From: Candidatus Latescibacterota bacterium
GTDB lineage: Bacteria; Latescibacterota; UBA2968
Direction of reading: 5' to 3'
Assembly (NCBI GenBank): GCA_965204375.1
Contig: OZ241986.1
Span: 736,001 to 800,000 of the forward strand
Length of the DNA stretch: 64,000 nt
How positions within the stretch are numbered: the first letter of the stretch is position 1; each line of letters begins with the position of its first letter. The notes under the pieces are model-generated. The model had not been told where the DNA came from. It ran no database searches and saw only the letters and a list, made by a program, of their open reading frames with translations. Both the position numbers and the translations under genes were made by a program. Positions 19,903 through 29,685 of this stretch are shown here, piece after piece.

Positions 19903-20859
19903 TTAGCCACTGCACGCATACGCATCAAATACAATTTTTAAATCGCGTTTTGCGCGTGCAAAATCCGAATATGGCTGACGCGAGCGGTTTTGAAGGCAGG
20001 ACAAAAAATCAGCCATCATCGCGCGATAGCCCATCAAATCTTTTAGACCCGGCCAGAGAATTCGAAAGCCTTTCTGGGGTTTGCGAATATAGATGCCGTT
20101 GCTTTCAAAAACAATGCGTCCGTGTGATCCTTCGATATAAGAATGCTGAAAAACGCCTTTTGTCAAACTGGGTGTTTGCCACGAGTAATGCAATTCGCCA
20201 ATCGCGCCTGAGGGATAGACCATCCGCACGACAGATTCGCGCTCTGGTGTACCGCCGGAAGAGCCAGGGAATATCGCTTCGACCTGTTCGGGCACCGCAT
20301 TGAATAGATCTGAAATCAGGGCAATAAAATGAATACCGCCTTCCAACAAAGCACCATGAGCACTTTTCCATCCCTGCGCCTGCTGCGTTGTGAGCTTTTT
20401 CACAGAAACCGAACGCATTTCGCCGATATCGCCCTGAGCGACCATTTGCTTGATGTACGATAGTGAGAGTTTGTAATAATAATTCTCGGCGATCATCAAT
20501 AAGGGGTTCCCAACCCGTTCCAACACAGTCTCGATCTCGACAATTTCCTCTGGCGAGATGCACATCGGTTTTTCGACGAGTACGGCTTTGCCGGCTTCTA
20601 ATAATGCGATTATCTGGTCTTTGTGATGCTCTGGCGGGGAAGCGATTACTACGGCATCTACATCGCTTTCCAATACGGCGTTTAGGTCATCAAAGATGCC
20701 GTGCCCTCGGAATTTGGTATTAAATTTATACGCGCTTACCCGCGACCGACTGCAAAAATACAACGTCGCTCGCCATTGCAAATTTTTCGCATGAAGCGCT
20801 CCGATATTCCCACAACCCAGGATGCAGATACGCGGTTTTTTATACGTTAGATGATTCAT
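19903..20859 (-). CDS. Gfo/Idh/MocA family oxidoreductase
   Basis: ILGCGNIG, AGKAVLVEKP, GALLEGGIH. Confidence 0.88.
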   Translation of the reverse strand: MNHLTYKKPRICILGCGNIGALHAKNLQWRATLYFCSRSRVSAYKFNTKFRGHGIFDDLNAVLESDVDAVVIASPPEHHKDQIIALLEAGKAVLVEKPMCISPEEIVEIETVLERVGNPLLMIAENYYYKLSLSYIKQMVAQGDIGEMRSVSVKKLTTQQAQGWKSAHGALLEGGIHFIALISDLFNAVPEQVEAIFPGSSGGTPERESVVRMVYPSGAIGELHYSWQTPSLTKGVFQHSYIEGSHGRIVFESNGIYIRKPQKGFRILWPGLKDLMGYRAMMADFLSCLQNRSRQPYSDFARAKRDLKIVFDAYACSG

Positions 20860-20877
20860 TTTTGATTGTTCTAACGT

Positions 20878-21267
20878 TTATACCTGCTGTCCAAGGCAAT
20901 AGCACAACCCGTCCGGTGCAATAACAAAGAATATGCGGAAGGATTTATCACCGTGTTGGTCGATTCGATAATCGGGGTCATCGTTTTCCAGTCCATTATT
21001 CTTCAATTCGTTAAAGGCGATTTCGACATCGTCTACTTCAAAAAAACAACCCTCTTGAGTCGGATCACCACCATTTTCTGCCAATCCTATCTGGATATCG
21101 TCTCTTGCGAGAATAGCGGATTTACAGGGCGCATCCTGCCGAGATACGACCTGAAATCCCATGATTGTTTCGTAAAAAGGGATAGCTTCTTTTAGGTTCT
21201 CAACAGGGAGGTTCAGGGCGTCTTGCATATAGGGCGAGGCAGTTTTGAATACGGTTTTGGTTTTCAT
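20878..21267 (-). CDS. VOC (glyoxalase/bleomycin resistance) family protein
   Basis: LPVENLKEAIPFYETIMGF, FEVDDVE, FFVIAPDG. Confidence 0.8.
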   Translation of the reverse strand: MKTKTVFKTASPYMQDALNLPVENLKEAIPFYETIMGFQVVSRQDAPCKSAILARDDIQIGLAENGGDPTQEGCFFEVDDVEIAFNELKNNGLENDDPDYRIDQHGDKSFRIFFVIAPDGLCYCLGQQV

Positions 21268-21289
21268 ACTTACTCCTTATAGATTGTGC

Positions 21290-21688
21290 CTATACGAATA
21301 CTGAGGGTGAGACACCGAATCGTTCGGACAAAGCACGTATTTGGCGGATGTTCAGCTTCCGCTTCCCGCCCAAAATTTCTGAAACTACTCCTTGCGATCC
21401 TACCTCTGGCAAATTCGATTGAGTCAATTCATGTTCTTCCATGAGGAATCGAAGTGAATCCACACCCTCTGACCTGGGTATGGGATGGTGTTGTTCCTCC
21501 CATGCGTGAACAACAGCACCCAGTGTATCGAGTAAAGAATAAAGAGGGTGTTGCTCATCAGTACCCACCTCATCGATCAGGTCGTTGAGACGCTCCAGTG
21601 CCAGATTATAGTCCCGCTCGTCCTGAATCTCGAGTAAAGGACTCACTTGCGTCCAGGATTGCTGAAGCTGTGGGGTAATAGTACTCAT
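21290..21688 (-). CDS. HigA-like HTH antitoxin (no toxin gene adjacent)
   Basis: EIQDERDYNLALERL, LRFLMEEHELTQSNLPEVGSQGVVSEILGGKRKLNIRQIRALSERF; ATG 21688 overlaps the upstream stop (ATGA). Confidence 0.85.
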   Translation of the reverse strand: MSTITPQLQQSWTQVSPLLEIQDERDYNLALERLNDLIDEVGTDEQHPLYSLLDTLGAVVHAWEEQHHPIPRSEGVDSLRFLMEEHELTQSNLPEVGSQGVVSEILGGKRKLNIRQIRALSERFGVSPSVFV

Positions 21689-23523
21689 GTCATCCAAGCT
21701 GTGGCTCGGGCTGTCCCTTCCGCGGGCACATCCACCCGCACGGTCAGCACGGTATATTTCCCATTGTCGCTGGTGATCATTGTTTCCAGACGTCCGCCAT
21801 CCACTGCGTAAGCTCCTGCTGGTAGCACAAATGTCACCCGGCAATCGGGAAATGTGTCTTTCAGCATATTGGTCACTGTGGCCGTCACTTTGTCGTGTTC
21901 CCCGTCGTTATCCGGATCATATGTCACGCTAAGTGGCGGTGGCCCCGCTCGATCAAAAGGAATGGGAGCAACAGCATCTCCACGATAGGTCGCCGATGCT
22001 ACATGACCGTCTTTAAAACGCACCACCCGAAAACTGCTGCTGTTGATCTTGCCCACCCGCGTCGTGGGTGTGGCTCCAATGGTCATCACCTTCTCTCCTG
22101 GACCATGCGCGTCGTGGATCAACTTTATCTTATGCCTATCCAGAAATGTCTCTACTGGCGCATTGTGCTCGAATGCGTTGATTATCTTGATCTTAGCCTG
22201 CGCTCGCGAGGACAAAAGTGCGTCGGCTTGCGATAGATCTACATGCCAGGGATGCCCGAAATTCAGGATGCATAGGTCTGGACCATAATCGGTGATTCCC
22301 ACCTGATCTCCATACCACTTCTCGTGTCCATAAAATTGATGATTGCCGAATGTAATCACATAGGGCATCTCCAGTACCAGGTGTGATCCTGAGATATATG
22401 CCGGATTTACAGCATTGCTGATCAGGACCATATCCGGTGCGATCAGGTTGGCGATCTCCGCCAGCCGTCTCTCGTACTCTGCCTGATATTGTCCCTGTGT
22501 ATCCAGGTGTCCAAACGTCATAAATACCGGATCTTTCGGATAGTCTCGAACGACGTACACGCTTCTGGGAGATTGTCGCGTGAAATCTCCCCGTGAGCCG
22601 GACACCTTTATCGATAGATCGTATAATCCCGGTGGTATGTCTTGAGATAGCTTTACCGTACCTTCCCGGTCATAATAAAACTTCGCACTCGAATCTTCTT
22701 CAAACGCCACTGTGCGTGAGATCGTGGCTGGTCCAATCCGACGCGACAACTTCACTTGCCCTATCGTGTGATCGTAGGCCCCCAACCGCACCCGAAAAGA
22801 TTCTTTGGGCCGACGGATGGTCGGGTGCCCCAGAACCGGGAATCGGACGCCTTGTGGTATGGTCTCCGAATTTTGGTGCAGATACACCGGCGGCAGGCGC
22901 GTTTCTTTTTCTTTTTGGATCGCGATTCCTTCTATTTTTTTAGATGTCCATCCGCACGCAACCAATTCCAGTGAATATCCCTTTCCTGCGGGTAGGCCGG
23001 TCAGACGGCATGCCCCCGACAGCCAATTCCGTACCAGCGCGTTTCGCACTATTTGATTTCCCTGACGTACCACCGCTCGTGCATCTACGAAGAAGCCATT
23101 TTCCTCACCGTTGAGTACAAATGACAGCTCTCCAGAATGCTCTGCCAGAACTCGAAATCCAGATATACGGCAGCCCATCTCGCCCCTATTCTGACGATGA
23201 TCAATGCGTACCCGGTGTTTTCCTTGTGCCAGTTCCCTCGCCAGTACCACCTCTTGTGCTTCGTTACCCGGATACAAGATGTGCGGGCTTCCATCATCCA
23301 CTGTCACAATTAGCTTTCCCAGAGAAGGTTTTCCGTAGGCCGATACGGCATGCTGCCCCAGACCAAGTGCCACTCCTGTACCGGTAAATTCAAACGTCAA
23401 GGCAGCGCCATTATCCTCCGTCTCCAGACAGGCTGTCCTGGCATACCGGAACTGGCTCTCCCACCACGTACCCGACCGCAGCACACGGGCTGTATCCAGA
23501 GCTGATACCCACTCCTTACTCAT
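21685..23523 (-). CDS. Multidomain hypothetical protein with degenerate metallophosphoesterase-like domain
   Basis: 612-aa ORF; N-terminal beta-sandwich-like part; C-terminal part with FGHLD, PDMVLISN, FGNHQ, HDAHG spaced like calcineurin-like motifs. Confidence 0.55.
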   Translation of the reverse strand: MSKEWVSALDTARVLRSGTWWESQFRYARTACLETEDNGAALTFEFTGTGVALGLGQHAVSAYGKPSLGKLIVTVDDGSPHILYPGNEAQEVVLARELAQGKHRVRIDHRQNRGEMGCRISGFRVLAEHSGELSFVLNGEENGFFVDARAVVRQGNQIVRNALVRNWLSGACRLTGLPAGKGYSLELVACGWTSKKIEGIAIQKEKETRLPPVYLHQNSETIPQGVRFPVLGHPTIRRPKESFRVRLGAYDHTIGQVKLSRRIGPATISRTVAFEEDSSAKFYYDREGTVKLSQDIPPGLYDLSIKVSGSRGDFTRQSPRSVYVVRDYPKDPVFMTFGHLDTQGQYQAEYERRLAEIANLIAPDMVLISNAVNPAYISGSHLVLEMPYVITFGNHQFYGHEKWYGDQVGITDYGPDLCILNFGHPWHVDLSQADALLSSRAQAKIKIINAFEHNAPVETFLDRHKIKLIHDAHGPGEKVMTIGATPTTRVGKINSSSFRVVRFKDGHVASATYRGDAVAPIPFDRAGPPPLSVTYDPDNDGEHDKVTATVTNMLKDTFPDCRVTFVLPAGAYAVDGGRLETMITSDNGKYTVLTVRVDVPAEGTARATAWMT

Positions 23524-23541
23524 TGGTGTTCACCCCCCTCA

Positions 23542-24429
23542 TTAGACCTCTCTCGTAACAACATTCAGATCCCATTTCTGCCAGTAATATCTCACCGGGT
23601 CGCTCGCGTCCCATTTTTCGTACACATCTTCCCAGGTCAGCCAATTCATGTGCGGTTGTAGCGAATCCTCTCGAACCGGATGACTTCGCGGTTGATACCG
23701 ATAATCAGATGAAATTCGCAGACGGTCTGCAGACTCGTTATCGCGCCCTTGATGAATGGTCAGGCTGTGTAGAATAATCACGTCACCGCACATATAATCT
23801 CCGCCGACCCAGACGGAATCCTCTTCGACGGGAACTTGACGGCCACCCGGTCCCATGCCTTCGGATGTCTCCAGTTTCCCGCGTCGGTGAGATCCGCGTG
23901 CGACGGCAAGTCCACCGAGTTCCTCTGGACAGTCACCATAGGGGATCCAGGCTGTCCAGGTCTCGTCCGATCCCCCGATGAAGTAATTGTCCTGGTGCGG
24001 TGGGGTCGAATGGGTATCCGTATCGGGGAAGACAAGGCGGCAAATGTTTCGGCTGTGCGGGAGCACCTGTTCGCCGAATAGAACTTCAAACGCCCGAATC
24101 AGAGGGGGGGCGAGTGCGAGTGCGTGAAAGTCTCTAATTTTCTGTACATCACCATAAAATGCCTGCCAGCGCGGGTCTCTGCTCTCGACGACCTGAATGT
24201 CGGGTTTTGCAATGCCCGCTGTCAGTTCGGATCCGTCCGCCAGCCACCCGTGATCCCGGCAGACACCGAGAATCTGGTGCCGAACCTCGAGTACACGTTC
24301 CGGATTGAGCAGGTTGCGAAAGAACAGATATCCGTTCTCCTGTGCCTGTTGTCGAAGCGCTTCAGGATCCTGCAACAGATCCGTCGCGTCCTCAAGTGCC
24401 TCAATCTGTTTCATTTCAATCATCGCCAT
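23542..24429 (-). CDS. PhyH family dioxygenase
   Basis: ENGYLFFR, TPPHQD, TAWIPYGD, GGLAVARGSH, TIHQG, RISSDYRYQ. Confidence 0.88.
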   Translation of the reverse strand: MAMIEMKQIEALEDATDLLQDPEALRQQAQENGYLFFRNLLNPERVLEVRHQILGVCRDHGWLADGSELTAGIAKPDIQVVESRDPRWQAFYGDVQKIRDFHALALAPPLIRAFEVLFGEQVLPHSRNICRLVFPDTDTHSTPPHQDNYFIGGSDETWTAWIPYGDCPEELGGLAVARGSHRRGKLETSEGMGPGGRQVPVEEDSVWVGGDYMCGDVIILHSLTIHQGRDNESADRLRISSDYRYQPRSHPVREDSLQPHMNWLTWEDVYEKWDASDPVRYYWQKWDLNVVTREV

Positions 24430-24468
24430 TATGATGGTCTCCTTTTTCTGAACGAGTTGGAACTCGCG

Positions 24469-24825
24469 TCAGGGGGCCAACTCCTGAATTTCGTCTGGCT
24501 CAGGTATGGATGTGAATTGGACAGCTTTTATGGTTTTACGGCCTTGAAGGATCGCTTTGCACAGGCGATGGCCGCCGTCCATGAGTGAGCCATCTGCATT
24601 TAGAATGATAGGATATTTTAGGGAAGCGTTGTTAATTTTTTCACAATGTCGCACGATTTCTCTTAATGTAGGTTTTTTTTCTCCAAACCAACAGTCTTTG
24701 TCCAACTCTTTAATTGATGATACTTCAATTTCAAATGGAGAAAGATCTCTGGATAGCATCCAGAGTTTTTCGGTGTACCACACGAGCCGTTTGCCATCGC
24801 GTATTGTACTGTGTTTCTGTGGCAC
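24469..24825 (-). CDS. Small stand-alone ParB/Srx-like domain protein
   Basis: YPIIL...LMDGGHRL resembles the ParB-N GxHR motif; GTG start with GGAGG RBS. Confidence 0.6.
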   Translation of the reverse strand: MPQKHSTIRDGKRLVWYTEKLWMLSRDLSPFEIEVSSIKELDKDCWFGEKKPTLREIVRHCEKINNASLKYPIILNADGSLMDGGHRLCKAILQGRKTIKAVQFTSIPEPDEIQELAP

Positions 24826-24838
24826 GATTCCTCCTTTT

Positions 24839-25354
24839 TCAGGCCATACTCAGGCTGTATCGAATTTCTCTGCGTTCAATCCCAGCAAGAGGTTCTGCTT
24901 TTTGCGCACCATCCGCAGTGAATCCGAATTTTCTATAAAAGGAAATCGCTCTCTGGTTGGTTTCGAGGAGCCAAATTTTCACCGTTGAACAATTCATCTC
25001 GCGAAGGGCCGCGAGGGAAGCCTCCATCAGCTTTCGACCAATGCCGCGGTCCCAGAATTCTTCAAGGGCGTAGATTGCATAGACTTCGCCAACGGAGTTT
25101 TTATCCAGTCCATCATCGCGTACGGGGCCGAAGCTGATGAAAGCAACGATCCTTTGCTCTACTTCGGCTACAAGTACTTTGTTGGAGGGGCTATTGAGGG
25201 TCAGGTGCCATTGTTGCTCCCTCTGGTCAACAGACAAATTATCGAGGATGTCGTCGGGCAATTGTCCCTTGTACGCAGCCTGCCATGATCGCACATGAAC
25301 TTCGGCCAAGCCTCTGGCGTCGTCTTTGGAAGGTTCTCGGATTATCATTGCCAT
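24839..25354 (-). CDS. GNAT family N-acetyltransferase
   Basis: WDRGIGRKLM, WLLETNQRAISFYRKFGF; start ATG 25354 after AAGGAGG. Confidence 0.88.
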   Translation of the reverse strand: MAMIIREPSKDDARGLAEVHVRSWQAAYKGQLPDDILDNLSVDQREQQWHLTLNSPSNKVLVAEVEQRIVAFISFGPVRDDGLDKNSVGEVYAIYALEEFWDRGIGRKLMEASLAALREMNCSTVKIWLLETNQRAISFYRKFGFTADGAQKAEPLAGIERREIRYSLSMA

Positions 25355-25395
25355 GGTTGGAGACCTCCTTAATTTCAAAGTGATGACGCATTCCC

Positions 25396-26349
25396 TCATT
25401 CCTTGAGCGCGTCTCTTACGGCTCTGGCGAGTCCCGGGTGATCCTGCAGGGTGTTTAAGCGAGAGATGACGAGATTGCCGCTGCCGTATTTCAGAGCGAT
25501 TTCTATCTCTTTGGCAAGGCGTTCGGGCGTGCGCACGAAGCCGGGCAGGTCGTGGATGCCGATGAAGGGGACAAAGCGGTTGATCTCCAGATTTTCCAGA
25601 CGCTTCATTTCGGCGGCTTCCATTTCAACGCGTTCGAGTCGCCATTCGGGGGGATAGAACCAGGAGATGGTCTGTGTGCAATAGTCGAGTTTGTATTTGG
25701 CACCAATGTACTCATCGGGAAGGAAGTACGGCCAGACATGGTTGGTGACAATGGCATTGGGATTTATGGATTTGGCGTGGTCGTAGAGGAGGCGGTGAAC
25801 GTCAATAAGTGTTTGCGTCGAGACTTTTCCCATGATTTCGATGTTGGACAGATCGGGGGTTTGCACACGCGCTTCTTTACGGAGGGTTTCGCAGCGGTCG
25901 CAGAAACAGGCGTAGTAGTTGACAAAGCCAAAGCCGTCGAGGGCGATTCCGTCGGCGATGTCGAGGGCGAGTTCAACCCGCTTCTTGAGTTCGTCCTGGG
26001 ATTCGGGATGCTCGAAACAGAGGACCGTTCTCGGTAAGACGAATGATTGCCAGCGGTAGCTCTCTCCGTGCAACCGGAGCCAGGATTGTCTGGCGATGAT
26101 GTCCGATACCTTGTGTTCGAATTCGCGCATTTTCTGAAGGCAATGCGGATGGGCATTTTCAAAGTCGTCGTCGGAATAGGGGAAGACAGTGGCGATGATC
26201 TGGATGTCCCGTTTATGGGCTTGCGCGACCATTTCAGGGGTGGCGCTATTGGTAATAAGCATGTTGCAGCCAAGGTCAGCCACAAAATCGACGGCTTGTT
26301 CGCGTTCGGTGTCGGTTCTGAGGCGCTCGATGGCCCAGATGGCTTTCAT
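25396..26349 (-). CDS. Hypothetical protein, possible glycoside-hydrolase-like TIM barrel
   Basis: LCFEHPE, DGIALDG, CFCDRC pattern seen in GH-like barrels. Confidence 0.45.
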   Translation of the reverse strand: MKAIWAIERLRTDTEREQAVDFVADLGCNMLITNSATPEMVAQAHKRDIQIIATVFPYSDDDFENAHPHCLQKMREFEHKVSDIIARQSWLRLHGESYRWQSFVLPRTVLCFEHPESQDELKKRVELALDIADGIALDGFGFVNYYACFCDRCETLRKEARVQTPDLSNIEIMGKVSTQTLIDVHRLLYDHAKSINPNAIVTNHVWPYFLPDEYIGAKYKLDYCTQTISWFYPPEWRLERVEMEAAEMKRLENLEINRFVPFIGIHDLPGFVRTPERLAKEIEIALKYGSGNLVISRLNTLQDHPGLARAVRDALKE

Positions 26350-26804
26350 CAGGTAATATCTCCCAGGTATATGGGAGGAGTCCCGGAGTCAGCGTCAAGA
26401 TAATCGAGTAAGAGCTTGGGATAGAATCTCAGGTTCTTGAGTTCACCGATGCTCATCCATTTCACCCCAACCTGGATCGAATCTCCCGCTGGGGCTTCGG
26501 AGGTATTATATCCTTCATCAACGGAACATCGGAAGATGAAGTCAATTAAATGGCCCCCCTTTGTCCAGGAGTCGGCGTGATTGTCAGTGATATATTCTCG
26601 AACAAAGTTTAAACCTTCAACAGTGACGTCAGCACCTATTTCTTCCTGGCATTCCCGCTTGAGAGCATCTATAAGTGTCTCTTTTCCGGATTCCATGCCT
26701 CCCCCTGGTAGAATGTACCAAAGACCTTTGTCGTCGATATTCTCGGTAACGAGAATTTGGTCGCCTCTCTGGATCAAAGCCTTGGCTGCATTTCGTAAGC
26801 TCAT
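26349..26804 (-). CDS. NUDIX hydrolase
   Basis: LPGGGMESGKETLIDALKRECQEEIG Nudix box. Confidence 0.9.
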   Translation of the reverse strand: MSLRNAAKALIQRGDQILVTENIDDKGLWYILPGGGMESGKETLIDALKRECQEEIGADVTVEGLNFVREYITDNHADSWTKGGHLIDFIFRCSVDEGYNTSEAPAGDSIQVGVKWMSIGELKNLRFYPKLLLDYLDADSGTPPIYLGDIT

Positions 26805-26829
26805 AATAGATACCCCAAGCGTATTCTAT

Positions 26830-28173
26830 TCATCTCAGATCACTTTCCTTCAACACGTATTTAATCTGTGCGTTTCCATCTTCATCGACGATTTTCAGGG
26901 TTAGCTCGCGGTTTCCTTTGGGACCAGAGAAACGGAGTAACCCAAAGTTGAAACCGGGATAGTCTGTTGCGATACTCTGTGGGTTTCCGCGCCAGCCCGA
27001 GCGGGATCTCTGGACGATTGGATCTGTCCTGACGGCGGCGTTGGAGCTGAGCAATTCAAAGAGGGGATAGGTGTCCTGTCCCTCGCGATAGAGGCGGTTG
27101 AGCGTCCCGACGTGCCAATCTCCTGCGATGAAGATGACACCGGTGATGGCTTCGGCGAACATCCATTTCAGGAAGTCGTCTCGCTCTGTACCGAAATTGT
27201 CCCAGCGCTCGCCGCGTCCCGTGAAGTCAACGACCATGCTATTTCCATTGGCGATCACTTTAAATGTTGCCGTGCTCGCCTTTAGAGACGCTTTCAGCCA
27301 GTCGATCTGGCCCTGTCCGAACATGGTTTTGCGGTCTTCTGCTTCGTTCGGGTCCCGATGATAGCGGTCATCGAGCATGAAGAACTCGACATCGGCGATT
27401 CGAAACTTGTGAAAAATACCCTTTGTCTGGGGAGTACCTCCGCCCGAATTTGGCCAATACCGTCGATACAGTTCCAGGGTTTCTTCCCGATAGGAGAATG
27501 TGCGATCGGAGTTGTTGGGGCCATAGTCGTGGTCGTCCCAGATCCCATAGCTGGGCGTCGTTGCCATTAGTGCTCTGATTTCCGGTACATGCCGTACTTC
27601 CCGATGATATCCCGCCATTGCATAGCGGACTGGATCCGGATCCTCGCCGTAGTGGCTGGATCGCCCTGGCATGTAGTTGATGTCGCCAATAAAGAGAAAT
27701 GCGTTTGGGCGGTGTTGCAAGGCTTCTGCAAATGCAGGTTGCATGGGCTGTGTTCCCGGGTTTAGACAGGAACCAAATCCCACGGAGAATTCCGCGATGT
27801 AGGTCGAGTCATTTCGCCGCGGTTGCATCGCGGGCATTGTGCGGAATACCTGCGGAACAAGTGCTCTTACCTGTTTTCCATTTACCGAAATCGCGTAGTG
27901 AACCCTCGTGTTCTGCACAAGTCCGTTCAGTGTCACCGTGCCAGTGTGGGGATAGATTTCCGAGGTCATCGTTTCTACTGCTGCACGGGTGATCGTCATT
28001 GCTCTGCCCGTCTGTGTCCAGTAATCTACTGTGACTTTTGCCTGTGTGTCTGTCTCTACCCAGATTATCGCCGATGATGTCGTTGTGTGGCTTATCATTG
28101 GACCTGCAATTAGTTCTGTCGCCATCATCCGCGTTGGGACAAGCATCAGTACTGTCAGGATCAAAATTTTCAT
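26830..28173 (-). CDS. phoD: Alkaline phosphatase D family protein
   Basis: Signal peptide; FGSC, GDINY, WDDHD, LDDRYHR, GDWH. Confidence 0.85.
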   Translation of the reverse strand: MKILILTVLMLVPTRMMATELIAGPMISHTTTSSAIIWVETDTQAKVTVDYWTQTGRAMTITRAAVETMTSEIYPHTGTVTLNGLVQNTRVHYAISVNGKQVRALVPQVFRTMPAMQPRRNDSTYIAEFSVGFGSCLNPGTQPMQPAFAEALQHRPNAFLFIGDINYMPGRSSHYGEDPDPVRYAMAGYHREVRHVPEIRALMATTPSYGIWDDHDYGPNNSDRTFSYREETLELYRRYWPNSGGGTPQTKGIFHKFRIADVEFFMLDDRYHRDPNEAEDRKTMFGQGQIDWLKASLKASTATFKVIANGNSMVVDFTGRGERWDNFGTERDDFLKWMFAEAITGVIFIAGDWHVGTLNRLYREGQDTYPLFELLSSNAAVRTDPIVQRSRSGWRGNPQSIATDYPGFNFGLLRFSGPKGNRELTLKIVDEDGNAQIKYVLKESDLR

Positions 28174-28670
28174 TCCTCCTCCTCTTGTGTAAAGACTTTG
28201 GAAACTATTATTTTTTCCAGTTCTTCAGATCGCTGAGAGCCGATCAATAGTCGTTTCCCATTCGTTAGTTCTAATTGCACGCCTTGATCTCCACTCACAT
28301 TATAAGCCATTCCTTTAGTTCCATATCGAATTCCCCATCCGCCATATTCTTTGATTGGGCTGTACTGTCTGGCATCACATTTTGCAATTTCTGAGAATGG
28401 GATTACCTCTCTCTTTAGCGGAAAGAAGCGGATGTGAATGGCGTCATTTTTGACTTCAGTTACCATCTTTATCGAAAGCATAAACACCGGTACCAATACC
28501 AGAGCCAGCACAATGGCACCATAAATGAGCATCTTGGTGCCAGACATTGGCCAGTTCCGAAATACCGTGAATCCTATATAGATCAAAGCTGAGATACAAG
28601 GTACAAGTACAATAGCCAATAGCCAGCCCTGTCGAAATTGCTGTATTTCGATGAAATTTGAGTTGTCCAT
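28170..28670 (-). CDS. DUF6141-like membrane protein
   Basis: FIEIQQFRQ, two TM helices, YSPIKEYGGWGIR, AYNVSGDQGVQL, LLIGSQ. Confidence 0.7.
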   Translation of the reverse strand: MDNSNFIEIQQFRQGWLLAIVLVPCISALIYIGFTVFRNWPMSGTKMLIYGAIVLALVLVPVFMLSIKMVTEVKNDAIHIRFFPLKREVIPFSEIAKCDARQYSPIKEYGGWGIRYGTKGMAYNVSGDQGVQLELTNGKRLLIGSQRSEELEKIIVSKVFTQEEEE

Positions 28671-29660
28671 TTATGACTCCCAGGGAATGGGTACATTAAT
28701 CTCTGTGGCAATGCGTTGCAACATGTCGAGATGTTCTTCGGTCATTGGGATACCGCTTTGCTCGCGCGTTTGTTCGCGTTTCCATTCCAAACTGCCGGGG
28801 ACTTCGGCACTTGTCAGCCCTGGCATGGGGTTCAGCGACCGGGTTTCGCGCAAGATGCGAGAGAGTTCTTTCTTATAAGCCTCCAAATCGCCCAGTTGCG
28901 CCACGTCAATCGCCACAATCATAAATCCCCGAGTGGCACTTGAAAATTTTGGTTTGTGCGATTCAGGTGTCGCCGTGCCCGCCAATATGCCGGCTAAGAA
29001 CCACGATGTAAATCGCATTCCCAAACTTTTAAAAATAAAATCTGGGAATGTCTGCAATGCTTCGGCGAGTTTGCTGCGGTTTTTCAACATGTTTGCGTTC
29101 ATGTCCAGTACAAAAGGCGGATTTTCAGCAGTTGGTATGCCAAAACACATCGGGGGGGCAGACATCGCATCCCATACCGTTGCATCGAGGTGCGTCGGTT
29201 TTTTCCAGGCGATACCTCCTGCCACGCAAAAGGTCGCCAGGTCATATGCCAGTGCCAGCCGGGCATAAATCCCCGCGCTGCCCACATGGCCGTGATTGCG
29301 CGTGCTCGCAACGGCAATGCCATTTATTTTTGCCTTTTCAATGATGGCCTCTGTCGCCCGCGTTGCCACGAGGTAACCCGCACCGCCATCGCCGTCAAAA
29401 ATCGCCATTGAAGGAGCATCCATGATTTGGGCAATTTGGGGCTGTGGGTTAATGCGCCCTTCTCGAAACTCAGCTACATATCGCCGTAACTGTCGCGTGC
29501 CGTGTGTGGCGACTCCGCGTAAATCCACCTCTACCAGATAGCGCGCGATCAATGCGGCATCGCTATCGGGCAAATGGACTTTGCGCAATGCTGCGGTAGC
29601 AAAGTCGTGCAACAGATTGGGCATTATACGCCTGGCGTCTTCGGGGACATAAACGGGCAT
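28671..29660 (-). CDS. Ldh_2 family (malate/L-lactate/ureidoglycolate-type) dehydrogenase
   Basis: DLRGVATHG, DGDGGAG, NHGHVG, PFVLDM; start ATG 29660 after GGAG. Confidence 0.82.
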   Translation of the reverse strand: MPVYVPEDARRIMPNLLHDFATAALRKVHLPDSDAALIARYLVEVDLRGVATHGTRQLRRYVAEFREGRINPQPQIAQIMDAPSMAIFDGDGGAGYLVATRATEAIIEKAKINGIAVASTRNHGHVGSAGIYARLALAYDLATFCVAGGIAWKKPTHLDATVWDAMSAPPMCFGIPTAENPPFVLDMNANMLKNRSKLAEALQTFPDFIFKSLGMRFTSWFLAGILAGTATPESHKPKFSSATRGFMIVAIDVAQLGDLEAYKKELSRILRETRSLNPMPGLTSAEVPGSLEWKREQTREQSGIPMTEEHLDMLQRIATEINVPIPWES

Positions 29661-29685
29661 GAAAGTCTCCTGCGAGGTGGAATTA

